DNA from: a virus
Reading direction: 5' to 3' (one strand)
Length of the DNA: 64,000 nt
IMG/VR virus record: IMGVR_UViG_3300027839_000001
Coordinates: 1 to 64,000 of that record
Shown here: positions 1 to 9,603 of the stretch, piece after piece
Layout: each line of letters opens with the position of its first letter
Position numbering within the stretch: the stretch's first letter is position 1
Position numbers and translations under genes: made by a program
Notes under the pieces: model-generated
Database searches by the model: none
Seen by the model: the letters and a program-made list of their open reading frames with translations, nothing else
Told to the model about the DNA's origin: nothing

Positions 1-97
1 CCTGTTCATTGGTCAGCGGCTCACCTTCAAGCTCATTGTAGTCACACCCACTGGGATTAGGGTGAGGGTATTTAGGTTTATGTTTCTGTTTAGTCAT
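1..97 (-). CDS. hypothetical protein, 5' part only (runs off the left edge)
   Basis: Minus-strand ATG at 97, 7 nt after the 13-bp palindrome, the same context as neighbouring genes; frame open to the window edge (MTKQKHKPKYPHPNPSG...). Confidence 0.55.
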   Translation of the reverse strand, partial: MTKQKHKPKYPHPNPSGCDYNELEGEPLTNEQ

Positions 98-118
98 GGA
101 ATTCTTTCCACTGTAAAG

Positions 119-573
119 ATGGTAGCTGTGAAATGTAAGCCGTGTTCTAGCTAACGAACATGATACCTAGCTTGCCTGCCAGTTCACGAAGGGACATGGT
201 GTCATTGGCACTGGCATAGCTGGAGCGTTCAAAGCTAACGACTTGAGATGCATTCTGTGCAAAGGGATCTTCATTGAGACGTAGCAGTGTAGTCTCTTGG
301 TCAATGATGAATGCATCGTCGAGGTGGCTAGGGTCGGCGAGGAAATCGCTGGCTGTAATATCAACCACCCGTTCTGAGTTGTCACCTGCTTGGCGTACCA
401 GTCCATTGACAATCATGAAGCAGAGAAGGCTGTTGTGATGCAGTGCTACGGTGCGGCCAGTGACGGGGGAATTGAGATCGACTTCGATGAGACGTAACAT
501 GGTAGTGTCCTTAGTAATGGGGTGAGGTAATGCGGGGTAATGAATGGTAGCTGTGAAATGTAAGTCGTGTTCT
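119..573. repeat. 30-bp direct repeat (119-148 and 544-573) flanking the 147..500 gene
   Basis: ATGGTAGCTGTGAAATGTAAG(C/T)CGTGTTCT, 29/30 identical, each directly downstream of a minus-strand stop codon. Confidence 0.9.
147..500 (-). CDS. hypothetical protein
   Basis: 117-aa ORF with AAGGA upstream; co-oriented with neighbours. Confidence 0.7.
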   Translation of the reverse strand: MLRLIEVDLNSPVTGRTVALHHNSLLCFMIVNGLVRQAGDNSERVVDITASDFLADPSHLDDAFIIDQETTLLRLNEDPFAQNASQVVSFERSSYASANDTMSLRELAGKLGIMFVS

Positions 574-767
574 TAGCGTGACATGTCGTCGAGCTTAGAG
601 TATAGCCTGTCGAGAAACTTGTTGGTCAGTTGGATACGCAAGCCACTGAGGTGATGGGGTGGGCATCGCGCCGCCTTGGCATGGTCAGCTATGGTCTGTT
701 CTAGCTGCCGAATGTATCGCTCGACGTTACGAACGCTGTCCCCTGCCAGTACGTCATTGATATGCAT
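573..767 (-). CDS. hypothetical protein (start trimmed to MHINDV)
   Basis: 3' part of ORF 573..884; ATG 767 is preceded by AAGGGA and the palindrome. Confidence 0.6.
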   Translation of the reverse strand: MHINDVLAGDSVRNVERYIRQLEQTIADHAKAARCPPHHLSGLRIQLTNKFLDRLYSKLDDMSR

Positions 768-835
768 GGCGGTATCCCTTGTGATGTTTCCACTGTAAAG
801 ATGGTGGCAGTGTGAACGAGGCGGTGAGACTGGCA

Positions 836-1333
836 TCACAGGTATCGGTGGAGATTCCTTATTGCATTGGTAGCAATGCGGCAATCACTATTGAACTTGT
901 CATTGCAATCTATGCCGGGGGAATTCAACTCGTCGATACCGTCAATCAATCTTATGCAGTCGGCGTAGAAACCATGGCCGTGCTTTGGTTCCTCTTCATC
1001 TGTTCTTAGCGATTCGAGACTGGTGAGTCCGACCTTGATGATAATACCACCGGGGTATTCTTCTTCGGTCTGTTCTATGATGTGCTTGATGCCCCTTGCC
1101 GAGCATACGAACTCGCAGTTCTCACCCTTGTAATCAATGACGACGTGCCAGCTACGGGTTGGTGGGTTGCGTGTCTCTGGTCCCTCGCATTCAGTGACAT
1201 GCCACCGGCATATTCGGTCGGGATCAATAGCGTCGATCCAATCCAGGGCACACTCATCAGTGCTGAAGGGACCGATGAGGTCAGCGGAATTGGTGAGGGT
1301 GGTGTCAGCGAGCTTGATTACATAGATGGACAT
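836..1333 (-). CDS. hypothetical protein (start trimmed to MSIYVIK)
   Basis: ATG 1333 lies 8 nt after palindrome 1342-1354; upstream part of the ORF is low-complexity Thr/Pro. Confidence 0.65.
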   Translation of the reverse strand: MSIYVIKLADTTLTNSADLIGPFSTDECALDWIDAIDPDRICRWHVTECEGPETRNPPTRSWHVVIDYKGENCEFVCSARGIKHIIEQTEEEYPGGIIIKVGLTSLESLRTDEEEPKHGHGFYADCIRLIDGIDELNSPGIDCNDKFNSDCRIATNAIRNLHRYL

Positions 1334-1395
1334 GGTAGTTCTTTCCAGTGTAAAGGTTGATGGTAGTGATGGAGTAGTGAGGTTGGTTGGTGGTG

Positions 1396-2637
1396 TTATG
1401 CTATAGCTTTCTTCAGTCGTCGAGTGCAAGTACGTCGGGCATTGCTGATTGCTTTCTTGAATGCCGCTTGCTGTTCTTTGGTATCAAGCCCGTGTTCTTC
1501 ACTGACTTCCAGGTATATCGTAATGTCAGGTGCTGCGGCATCGAGGTTGCTGTATCCTATAGGTCCCTCGAACTTGCCGTCACTGTCCGGTGTTATCTCG
1601 ACTCGGCATTCAGCGACACTAACACGTACCTTGTAATCCCGGTGCTTCAGTGCCAACTCTCTTGCCAGTGTATCGCCAAGGCCATAGGGCATGGTGCCGA
1701 TGCTTGCATAGCCACCGATACCGTCACCAGTGCGGGAATCTTCAATGGCTTCCTGTGCTTTACGCTTGGTGATTCCATCGGCCAATGCTCGGGTAACCTG
1801 TACGTTGATACTCTCAATGCCGAGTTCTAGCAGCATTGCTTCAGTCATCTCGATCATTGATGGTTGCGATAGGTACGCTGCTTTGTCGGGGTTAACAGGG
1901 TGGGCAGGCAATGAGGCCGGGGTATCAACAGCGTGCCGTCTGATGATGTCATGCGGTGCACGTCCAGTGTCATGTATGTCTTTGTCTTCATCTTGTGCCG
2001 CTGTTCTTAGCACACTGTGCTTGTTAGGCTTGCGTGCTTTCTGCTGTCGAGGTGCTGGACTGCGGTGATTCGGCGTGCCATCTTCTATCTGCCGTAGTGG
2101 GTCATTGAGGTAGGTGTCGTCGATCCAGATGTCATCACCGAAGAACATCCTGAGGATCTCAACTTGCTTTGTCTCGGCCAGTGCCTTGATTGCCGGGTGC
2201 TCAGCTATTGTCATGGCACATTGGTCTAGCTTGTCGATGACTTTTTCCACTGGAAATTCACGGCCCGTACCATACTCTCCAATGAAGGCTTGCTGTTCTG
2301 ATGCTGCCTGGATGTAGACCACCGGCCAGTCCTCTCGGTGCTGGTACTGACTGGTACTTACATGGTAGTTAGTGGGATTGATACGGCCACTGGTTGTATC
2401 ATATACACACCGTAGTGCTAGGTACTTACAAGTGCCGTCATGTAGCTGTGCCTTCTCATTGTGGGATCGTCGAAGCCGCTTTGCCTTTGCTTCCGATGGT
2501 GTATCAACTGGAGGTAGCACTGCCTTTACAGGTGGGGTGGGAATGCCACCGGGAATCAACTGCGGCTTTGTTGTTGCTGTGGTAGTAGTGCGTCGTCGCT
2601 GTGTTTGCTTTGTCTTGTTAGGTTTCTTTGCGGCCAT
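1396..2637 (-). CDS. hypothetical protein with basic N-terminus
   Basis: 413-aa ORF; no family recognised. Confidence 0.75.
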   Translation of the reverse strand: MAAKKPNKTKQTQRRRTTTTATTKPQLIPGGIPTPPVKAVLPPVDTPSEAKAKRLRRSHNEKAQLHDGTCKYLALRCVYDTTSGRINPTNYHVSTSQYQHREDWPVVYIQAASEQQAFIGEYGTGREFPVEKVIDKLDQCAMTIAEHPAIKALAETKQVEILRMFFGDDIWIDDTYLNDPLRQIEDGTPNHRSPAPRQQKARKPNKHSVLRTAAQDEDKDIHDTGRAPHDIIRRHAVDTPASLPAHPVNPDKAAYLSQPSMIEMTEAMLLELGIESINVQVTRALADGITKRKAQEAIEDSRTGDGIGGYASIGTMPYGLGDTLARELALKHRDYKVRVSVAECRVEITPDSDGKFEGPIGYSNLDAAAPDITIYLEVSEEHGLDTKEQQAAFKKAISNARRTCTRRLKKAIA

Positions 2638-2683
2638 TGTATTGCTCTTGTAATGGGTGTTACTGTTCTAGATACAAACGAAG

Positions 2684-2716
2684 AGAGGCACTGTATAGTA
2701 TATATACAGTGCCTCT
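2684..2716. promoter_or_regulatory. perfect 14-bp inverted repeat in an intergenic gap
   Basis: AGAGGCACTGTATA-gtata-TATACAGTGCCTCT; no U-tract; function unknown. Confidence 0.5.
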
Positions 2717-2739
2717 ATGTACTGGGATCTCAGTGGCCT

Positions 2740-3162
2740 TTACAGGTAGTAATGATCGTCTAGTTCATCGACTCGACGATCACTTGGGACATGATTGCGT
2801 GGCATGTTATCACCGTCGATCTCATTGTCCAGATCAATGCCGATGGTACTTGCTGGGATCTCGGCTCCGATTTCGAGGATGGTATCAATCTCATCCTCAT
2901 AGTCATGGAATTCCAGCTTGTCTGCTGGAGCCAGGCTCTCATTCATATACTGGACACCGGCTTCAAAGGATTCGTCCGTGATTTCGAGGAGGGCATTCAT
3001 TGTGTCATCTTCAGCCTGCAATTGTGATTCGATGTCTTCCAACACGCTGAAGAAATCTTCTTTCATTTGCTCACTCAGTGCTTCGCAAACTCGCTCAACC
3101 ATTCGGTCAAAGGCCAGTCGCAGCATTCGATTCGTGCAGATTGCTTGTTGTGATTGTGACAT
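2740..3162 (-). CDS. acidic hypothetical protein
   Basis: 140-aa D/E-rich ORF. Confidence 0.7.
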   Translation of the reverse strand: MSQSQQAICTNRMLRLAFDRMVERVCEALSEQMKEDFFSVLEDIESQLQAEDDTMNALLEITDESFEAGVQYMNESLAPADKLEFHDYEDEIDTILEIGAEIPASTIGIDLDNEIDGDNMPRNHVPSDRRVDELDDHYYL

Positions 3163-3220
3163 TGTAATGGTCTTTCATAAAAGGATTGAGTAATAAAAGT
3201 GGGCGGTAAATTGGGTGCGG

Positions 3221-3424
3221 TTACTTAAGTGCAATGCGAGCATTGAATGCTTTTTTGATTGCCGTCTTGAATGACTTGTCAATGCTTGGATTCTCCATGG
3301 TGGCGGCAATCGACTGCCATCCTTCGCCATAGTGGTGCTTCTCTTGATAGCTGCCTTCGTCGATGTTGATGATGAATGTGAATGTCTTCCAGTTGAACTC
3401 GGTAGTGCGAATGGTTGATGCCAT
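3221..3424 (-). CDS. hypothetical protein (start trimmed to MASTIRT)
   Basis: ATG 3424 lies 8 nt after palindrome 3433-3445. Confidence 0.65.
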   Translation of the reverse strand: MASTIRTTEFNWKTFTFIINIDEGSYQEKHHYGEGWQSIAATMENPSIDKSFKTAIKKAFNARIALK

Positions 3425-3545
3425 GGTGATTCTTTCCACTGTAAAGGTTGAGGTGATAAAAGCTACGGGAATTTTAAATGCGGTTACTACAGGCGAGGAT
3501 GGTTTGTTAACTAAAAAAAGATCCTTACAAAGGATCTGCGGAGAC

Positions 3546-3582
3546 AAAAAAAAAGAACCGACCAGGCGTTAACCTGGTCGGT
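3546..3582 (-). terminator. Rho-independent terminator after 3593..4381
   Basis: ACCGACCAGG-cgttaa-CCTGGTCGGT stem; A9 on the + strand gives a U9 tail on the - strand. Confidence 0.85.
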
Positions 3583-3592
3583 CTGGTCGTTG

Positions 3593-4381
3593 CTATTCGT
3601 TAATCCATACTACGTTAAGTAGGAAGTCTACATATACGCTACCAGTCCCACCAACTTGTGGGTCCTCATCTATGAGATGATCCTGACCTAAGTCCTCTAG
3701 TATCGCCTTCGCATCGCCTTCGCTTACAGTCCGGCTTGACGTGTAATCTAACTCGCCTTCTGCATTGTAGTAAGGACGGCAGTATTGTCCGTAAGGTCCG
3801 TATTTTCCGGTCTTAATCTCGCAGTGTAAGACTGGTAAATCACTTTCTTCAGTCGCTTTGTATTTTTTGCTACCAGAAACGTTTCGTTTCGTCGGCTTGA
3901 CTGCTTTGCTGTTGGATCGTTTCGTCGGCTTGGTCCCTTTGCTTTGCTTGTTGCTATTGCTGTTGGATCGTTGACTGAGCTTGGTTTCCATCGCCTCTAG
4001 TTTATCGGTTACCATATCTGTTAAATCGTTGAATGCGTGGTTAACAGTATCGGCATTGCTTTCCATCAATTCTACTAGTCGGTCAAAACTGGTAGATTCT
4101 GGGGACTGCTCTAATTCATCTATCTGCTTTGCTGGTTCATCGTCAAGCAGAGAATAGCCCAGAGCAGTTGCTGTGGTGACTGCTTCTGATCTTGCTGCGC
4201 TGATTGCTTTGTTGTCACCCCCTTTGCCACGATGCGGCAGACGATGGTTCAATTCGATGAACTTCACCAATTGACCGAGATTAGAGGAAAGTGACAGGTC
4301 TGCTTCCGGTACATCACCAATGTAAGATACTGCGTTTGATCGTTTCGCTTGGTTGGTTCGTTGTTTTAGTGAGATTGACAT
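3593..4381 (-). CDS. hypothetical protein, first gene of the leftward arm
   Basis: 262-aa ORF, AAAGGA upstream, followed by a terminator; Lys/Ser-rich linker with repeated KPTKR. Confidence 0.8.
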   Translation of the reverse strand: MSISLKQRTNQAKRSNAVSYIGDVPEADLSLSSNLGQLVKFIELNHRLPHRGKGGDNKAISAARSEAVTTATALGYSLLDDEPAKQIDELEQSPESTSFDRLVELMESNADTVNHAFNDLTDMVTDKLEAMETKLSQRSNSNSNKQSKGTKPTKRSNSKAVKPTKRNVSGSKKYKATEESDLPVLHCEIKTGKYGPYGQYCRPYYNAEGELDYTSSRTVSEGDAKAILEDLGQDHLIDEDPQVGGTGSVYVDFLLNVVWINE

Positions 4382-4527
4382 TGCGTAAGTCCTTTAATTG
4401 AGAAAACGAGAAAAACTAAAAACGTTGCCTTCTATTAGTGCATTTGCCGCGCCAAAACTTATTTTATGCGTAAATGTCGCATACCCAGACTACCTATCTT
4501 AACAGAGTCAGACAGCTTGTCTTGAGC

Positions 4528-6186
4528 GTAACCCTATACGTAGCAACTACTTACAAAGTAATCCTACTAAATTGATAGAATTTTAGTTTAGTGCTGTTAG
4601 TTGTATAAGCAAGCACCAGTCGAGCAGCGCACGACTGAAATTGTATGACATTATGGCAGTTTTGTAACCCTATACGCTGCAACTACTTACGTCACTTATG
4701 CGATATATTAACTGCCACCGATGGTGGTAGAATGCCGATAGTGTATCAAACTGCTACACTCAGACAACTTGTCTGATACCGGCACGGCTCAATAGTGTAT
4801 CGTAATCGTACACCATTATGGCAGGACAAAATGTCTGGTACTAGTCCTTAGGTAGTAGTTATTGTCAATTCTGACAAACGCCGCTAATGTAATACTTATG
4901 TAAAAGTGCCTCTAAGTCCTTTGATAGTAAGGGTTTAAGATTATTGTCGCACCCTCTTATGGGGTATACGTTAGACTGGCATCGAATTCTAAGTCAGTCA
5001 AGCTGACTGACCATAGGCAAGCTGACTGACTTAGAACATATCAGTAGTTGTTTATATTTCCACTGGAAAGAACTAGTCAAGCTGACTGACCCTTAGTCAG
5101 CTTGACTGACTTAGAATGGTTGGGATTAGTCGAGTTGTCTAGGGGTCAGTCAGTTTGACTGAATTTAAGGACGATAATAATAGACAACTTGACTATGGGT
5201 CAGTCAGCTCGACTGACTTTCCACTGGAAAGAAATAGACAACTTGACTATGGGTCAGTCAGCTTGACTGAATTGATGGTAGGATTAGTCGAGTTGTCTAG
5301 GGTATAGACGTTTTGACTAGTAAATCAAGTTTAGACGGTTTTTTACGGTGTTCTAGGCCGTTTTTTTGCCTTAAGCCAGTCAAGTTGTCTAGGGGTCAGT
5401 CATGTTGTCTGAAGTCTCACCGAATATGATGATATTATCACGCGAATAAGCAATTTTTCACCGTTTTTCATAGTTTTGTCGGGGTACTGCCGCAACTCGA
5501 CCATAAAAAAATAGACATTTCCACTGTAAACATACTTTAGACTTTGTAAAACTCTTACAGTACTTAAAGTATTAATCTTACCAAACTAACCACAGCTCGC
5601 CCGAACTACGGAGTCAACTTATTTGCTATATCTACCGCACAATGCTAGTCGATCTAAGGTTCCTAAAGGATCAAAGAGAGTTAGAGTATATCCACAACCT
5701 CCACAAAGTAACACAAAAACGTGCCCAACAATCTGGGTAACATCAACTAACCCTATACCTGTAAAGGACTTACGAACGCTGGTGATACCTCGATACCCTT
5801 AAGTTCATTCTCGCCGTAAACCTTTACGGTGGAACTACTTAGGTTCTCCGCTATAAATAAAACAGTTTTTACGAACACAAATACGTAAGTCGTTTAATAG
5901 TAACAAGTTAAATATAATTCATTCCCCTATTTCAGATATATTACTGATGTTAGCACACCCCCCCCCTACTTTTGTTTTTTTTAAAACGTAGGAGTACTTA
6001 CTCTACTAGTACTGCTATTCTTACCAGGCTTTACTCCTCTGTGGGCTTTATACAGGGGTCCACCTACACTGTAAAAATACATAGACCCCCTGGCGGTGTT
6101 TTTTTTGAAAGTAGACTACCCCAAGCAATCCCAAGGGGGGCAATTGTGCGATCCTCGACGTAAGTACTTTCGTACAGGCGACTTCG
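4528..6186. repeat. 27-bp imperfect palindrome family, TAA(C/A)CCT-TAC-N5-AA(GG/CT)ACTTA-like, ~7 copies
   Basis: Copies at 4528-4554, 4664-4690, 4912-4938 (inverted), 5747-5773, 5816-5842, 5885-5911 (inverted); weaker copy at 6160-6186. Confidence 0.7.
4996..5410. repeat. Phased array of seven pairs of a 13-bp palindrome AG(T/A)C(A/G)-N3-(T/C)G(A/T)CT; candidate origin or packaging site
   Basis: Pairs start at 4996/5015, 5075/5095, 5128/5148, 5182/5202, 5236/5256, 5286/5306, 5378/5398; singles at 4510 and 4762. Confidence 0.85.
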
Positions 6187-6974
6187 GACCTGATCGACCA
6201 ACTCTTTTTTTTTGCCATCCCTCTCGCGTGGGGTTCAGTCACCACCCATCGCTATAATTACCAATAGTTCCACTGGAAACATTCTAACGAGGGCAAGCGT
6301 GACCATGCCGTATCCCACATATACTATTGTCGTACTGGCACTGTATCCTATCGTAGTCTCAGAAACACTTTATAACATCCACCCTTTCACCGTAAAGGCT
6401 TTCGTCTCATCGGCTTACGGAGGAGAGGGTTGGACAAATTAAATCCTTTACCCCACTTGACAGCCCTATGCCCTTTATGGTAGACTATAATCTGCATGTC
6501 GACTTTCAGAAGATAACGCAACTCTCGACCCACCGGCACGCTAACAACGCTATCTCCACTAACCCACAATTCAAACCTTCACTACCATAACCACCCTCAA
6601 ATCACCATGCACAATCACAACCTCAAATCGGCATCCAACTCACTACCCCACATCCAATCCTACCTACCCCACCTCAACGCTAACCTAACCCGACCCCCTA
6701 CCCAGTATGATCTTACATCCTTCCAGCCCCGACCTCACACACGGCCTCTCAGGCCCCTTCTCGTCGACCTCTGTTATCCCGTACTAATCACCTCAATCCT
6801 TAACCTTCTTAAGCTCACAGCCTTACCTATCCTCTTGCCCATTCTACCATTATACTCACACCCCTCTCTCAAAAAACTTAATGTTGTATCTCAACTCAAC
6901 AGTCGATATAAAGTATGTAACCTTAACGCATCAGCCCCTAACCAAAAAATAATCCTTTACACTGGAAACAATCT

Positions 6975-7178
6975 ATGTCAATGCCAAGACGAAGCAAGGA
7001 CAAGGAGAAGTTAAGAGTCAAAGCTATCCACGCAGGCAGGAAGATGCTATGGCAATGCGATGATGGATACTGGTACGCGGCTGTAGACAAAGACAACGTC
7101 CCTAACTACGCAGTCAAGTCCGAACCAACAGAACCAGCCACTCACCCAGGAGAAACCACATGCCACGAAACACAGTAG
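6975..7178 (+). CDS. small hypothetical protein, first gene of the rightward arm
   Basis: ATG 6 nt after palindrome 6956-6968; overlaps the next gene. Confidence 0.55.
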   Translation: MSMPRRSKDKEKLRVKAIHAGRKMLWQCDDGYWYAAVDKDNVPNYAVKSEPTEPATHPGETTCHETQ

Positions 7179-7555
7179 ACGAAGCAGTAGACAGAGGCAT
7201 TCTTTCCACTGGAACTTTAGCCAAGCTCTTGCTAGTAACGCCTTCTCAAGTTCGAGGCTGGTGCGATAAGGGCTTCCTGAAGTTCGGGAAGATCCCAATG
7301 TCAAAGGAACGCCGAATCACCGGCAGAGACGCACTAGCCTTTGCAGTCGAACACAACGCAATGTACGACAAGCGACTGGAGAAATGTGCACAGAACTACG
7401 GTGTCATGTTCACAGAGGGATTCGAGCTACGCCTGAAAGGAGAGAAGATCCCGAGTAACATCGTACCAGTAGCCCCGTCACCAACTACCGTACCGGCCTA
7501 TCCGCCTACGCCGATCTCTCCGCAGTCACCCGAAGAAGATGAGGACATTATATAA
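7160..7555 (+). CDS. excisionase/MerR-type (HTH_17) DNA-binding protein
   Basis: STGTLAKLLLVTPSQVRGWCDKGFLKFGKIPMSKERRI matches the winged-HTH pattern TTGxxAKxxxVxxxTVxxWxDxGxLxxxRxPxSxxRRI. Confidence 0.75.
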   Translation: MPRNTVDEAVDRGILSTGTLAKLLLVTPSQVRGWCDKGFLKFGKIPMSKERRITGRDALAFAVEHNAMYDKRLEKCAQNYGVMFTEGFELRLKGEKIPSNIVPVAPSPTTVPAYPPTPISPQSPEEDEDII

Positions 7556-7992
7556 TGTCAAAGCATATAGGCAGAGCGAGGACTATCTATCACAAGCCCG
7601 CAGAGGCAACGCCGATTCTCCCCGTACCCTATATCCTTCAGATCAAACCATCAGACAACGACGAGATGATCTTACTCAGGTCAGTACTAGCAACGACCGT
7701 AGCGTCCATGAAAAACGCCTACTACACAATGAACGCTCCACACTGGATCGAAGGAAAGACAGACCAAGAAGTTTCAGAAGAGATCAACTCAGAGCTTCAG
7801 AGCATCATCGGACACCAAGAATGGGCCAAAGAGAAAGGCATCCACGACTGTGCAATGATGGCCGCTCACGGCTTGTCACTCAGACATAGCAATCGGGCAC
7901 TCGACGGCTGGGAACTAGAACGAGAGACAGTAGAAGAAGATTCCAACGACCCCGACCTAGTACCTGACGACGATGGAGAAACCCCAGAATAG
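7555..7992 (+). CDS. hypothetical protein
   Basis: 145-aa ORF coupled to the upstream gene (TAATG). Confidence 0.75.
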   Translation: MSKHIGRARTIYHKPAEATPILPVPYILQIKPSDNDEMILLRSVLATTVASMKNAYYTMNAPHWIEGKTDQEVSEEINSELQSIIGHQEWAKEKGIHDCAMMAAHGLSLRHSNRALDGWELERETVEEDSNDPDLVPDDDGETPE

Positions 7993-8076
7993 TTTACACT
8001 GGAAAGTCCCCACATAAACACTACCTACCCAACAATCCCACACTTCACAGCACGCTCAGAACGAACAGGAGATAAC

Positions 8077-8892
8077 ATGCCAAGGAATGCAAACACTGTC
8101 GGCCATCTGCACGGTGCCGCATACAGGCCAGGAGTCACAATTAAACTTCCTAATGCCGGTCTACCTACTTCCGGCGAATCCTCCTCGCTCTCAACCAGAC
8201 TAGGAGATTCAGCGACCAAAAAGAAAAAGAAACTAGGAACAGGTAAAACCGTAAAGCTAACCAAGAAGAAACAAAACTCCCTCGCAGGCACAGCAGACTC
8301 ATCCCGTGTAGCCCACACTGCTACCGTAAAGGCAGGAACGGAGTTCACCTGGGGCAGTGCCGAGAACGGAGGCAACGGAGGGACCGCAGCTATTAAAACC
8401 CCATCGACATACGGCAAGCAGGACAACACCGGCTCACGTGCAAAGACTAAGGGCAGTGGCGGTGTACCTATGAACCAGCAATCACCGGCATCTCAAAACA
8501 GTGCAGCCAAACCAGACCAGATAGTGTCCGACGAAGAAGTTGCCATAATCATGACGGACATTGAAGAGTCGATCAAGTACGCCATGTTTGATCGAGCCAT
8601 GGAAGTCATAGCAACAGCACGGCAAGCGTTCATGTCACGTGTATCTATAGCTGACATGGAAATGCAGGACAAGCTTGAAGTCAGTCTAATGCAAGGAGGG
8701 TTGAACCCACGATTCGCTGGCATCCTCGCCGCCAACGGCATCGTCACTTTCTACGACGCACTCGTCCAGCCTCAATCATACTTCCTTGGACTTAAAAGCT
8801 TTGGGCCGCGTGGAGTCGAAGCACTTGTTTCCACTGTAAAGAAACACGGGCCATGGGAAGCCATGCAAGGCGTGTCTGGGAAATGCAACTAA
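8077..8892 (+). CDS. protein with Lys-rich N-terminus and C-terminal RNA polymerase alpha-CTD-like domain
   Basis: GLNPRFAGILAANGIVTFYDALVQPQSYFLGLKSFGPRGVEAL resembles alpha-CTD LSVRxxNCLxxxGIxTxxDL...LLxxxNFGxKSLxEI; AGGAG RBS. Confidence 0.65.
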   Translation: MPRNANTVGHLHGAAYRPGVTIKLPNAGLPTSGESSSLSTRLGDSATKKKKKLGTGKTVKLTKKKQNSLAGTADSSRVAHTATVKAGTEFTWGSAENGGNGGTAAIKTPSTYGKQDNTGSRAKTKGSGGVPMNQQSPASQNSAAKPDQIVSDEEVAIIMTDIEESIKYAMFDRAMEVIATARQAFMSRVSIADMEMQDKLEVSLMQGGLNPRFAGILAANGIVTFYDALVQPQSYFLGLKSFGPRGVEALVSTVKKHGPWEAMQGVSGKCN

Positions 8893-8919
8893 CCGAGAGC
8901 ATTAAAGCGGAGGAATCAA

Positions 8920-9150
8920 ATGACCAAGCCAAAGACTAAGGGCGAGCTAGCCCTGCTCGCAGCAAGTAAAAAGAAATCCCAGTTCGTGACACCCATCACC
9001 ACAAAGCACTGCCTGTGGATCATGGCACCACATGCTAGGTGTGGATACAAGACAGGTGAGAACTCCTACTTCTGCAATGACCACCAGATCGAAGCAGACG
9101 CTGGCAAGTTACTCAGAGCGGAGATCGCTAAAGCGGAGAATACGTCATGA
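8920..9150 (+). CDS. small Cys/His (possible Zn-binding) protein
   Basis: C-x9-C-x9-C-x2-H; GGAGGA RBS. Confidence 0.65.
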   Translation: MTKPKTKGELALLAASKKKSQFVTPITTKHCLWIMAPHARCGYKTGENSYFCNDHQIEADAGKLLRAEIAKAENTS

Positions 9151-9581
9151 AAACCTACGAGTACTCAGCAGCAGTCACCTCATCATCTGCGAGGCACCCG
9201 ATCTATGATGGCGACACTGTACGCTTAGACATAGACTGTGGGTTCGGTATATGGAAACGCAACACAGTCTGCCGACTGTACGGGATCGACACACCTGAGA
9301 TGCGAGGAGCCGATAGAGAGTATGGAACGAAGTCCAGGGATGCACTCAGGGAGATACTCAGTACCGCAGAGAAAATCTGGATCAGGACCCACAAGGACAA
9401 GACAGGCAAGTACGGTCGCTACTTAGTAGAGATCTTCGTTCCGGTGACTGTCGAGCCTATGCTCTCTAAGATAAATTCAATAAAGGAGAAGGCAAGCGAT
9501 ATAGTACTAGACATAGAAGGAGTCAGATCGGTTAACGTAAACCTTCTGATGGTCATGCTAGGATTAGCAAACAACTACTAA
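9147..9581 (+). CDS. thermonuclease (SNase-like) family nuclease
   Basis: DGDT, RLYGIDTPE and GKYGRYL motifs. Confidence 0.9.
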   Translation: MKTYEYSAAVTSSSARHPIYDGDTVRLDIDCGFGIWKRNTVCRLYGIDTPEMRGADREYGTKSRDALREILSTAEKIWIRTHKDKTGKYGRYLVEIFVPVTVEPMLSKINSIKEKASDIVLDIEGVRSVNVNLLMVMLGLANNY

Positions 9582-9603
9582 GCACGCATAAGGCGACCTG
9601 ACT

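Noticed and set aside
4996-5410. CRISPR array
   Set aside because: Units are 13-bp palindromes in pairs with short, partly repeated linkers, not 25-40-bp repeats with unique spacers; the only Cas-like gene is a stand-alone PD-(D/E)XK nuclease typical of phages
5972-6569. Short ORFs and a possible tRNA-like or terminus sequence in the control region
   Set aside because: No coding signal and no cloverleaf or T-loop found; homopolymer runs at 5958-5986 might mark a genome end but cannot be supported without reads
6607-7014. 135-aa ORF
   Set aside because: Low-complexity L/P/H/N product of the G-poor tract, with no RBS; treated as non-coding
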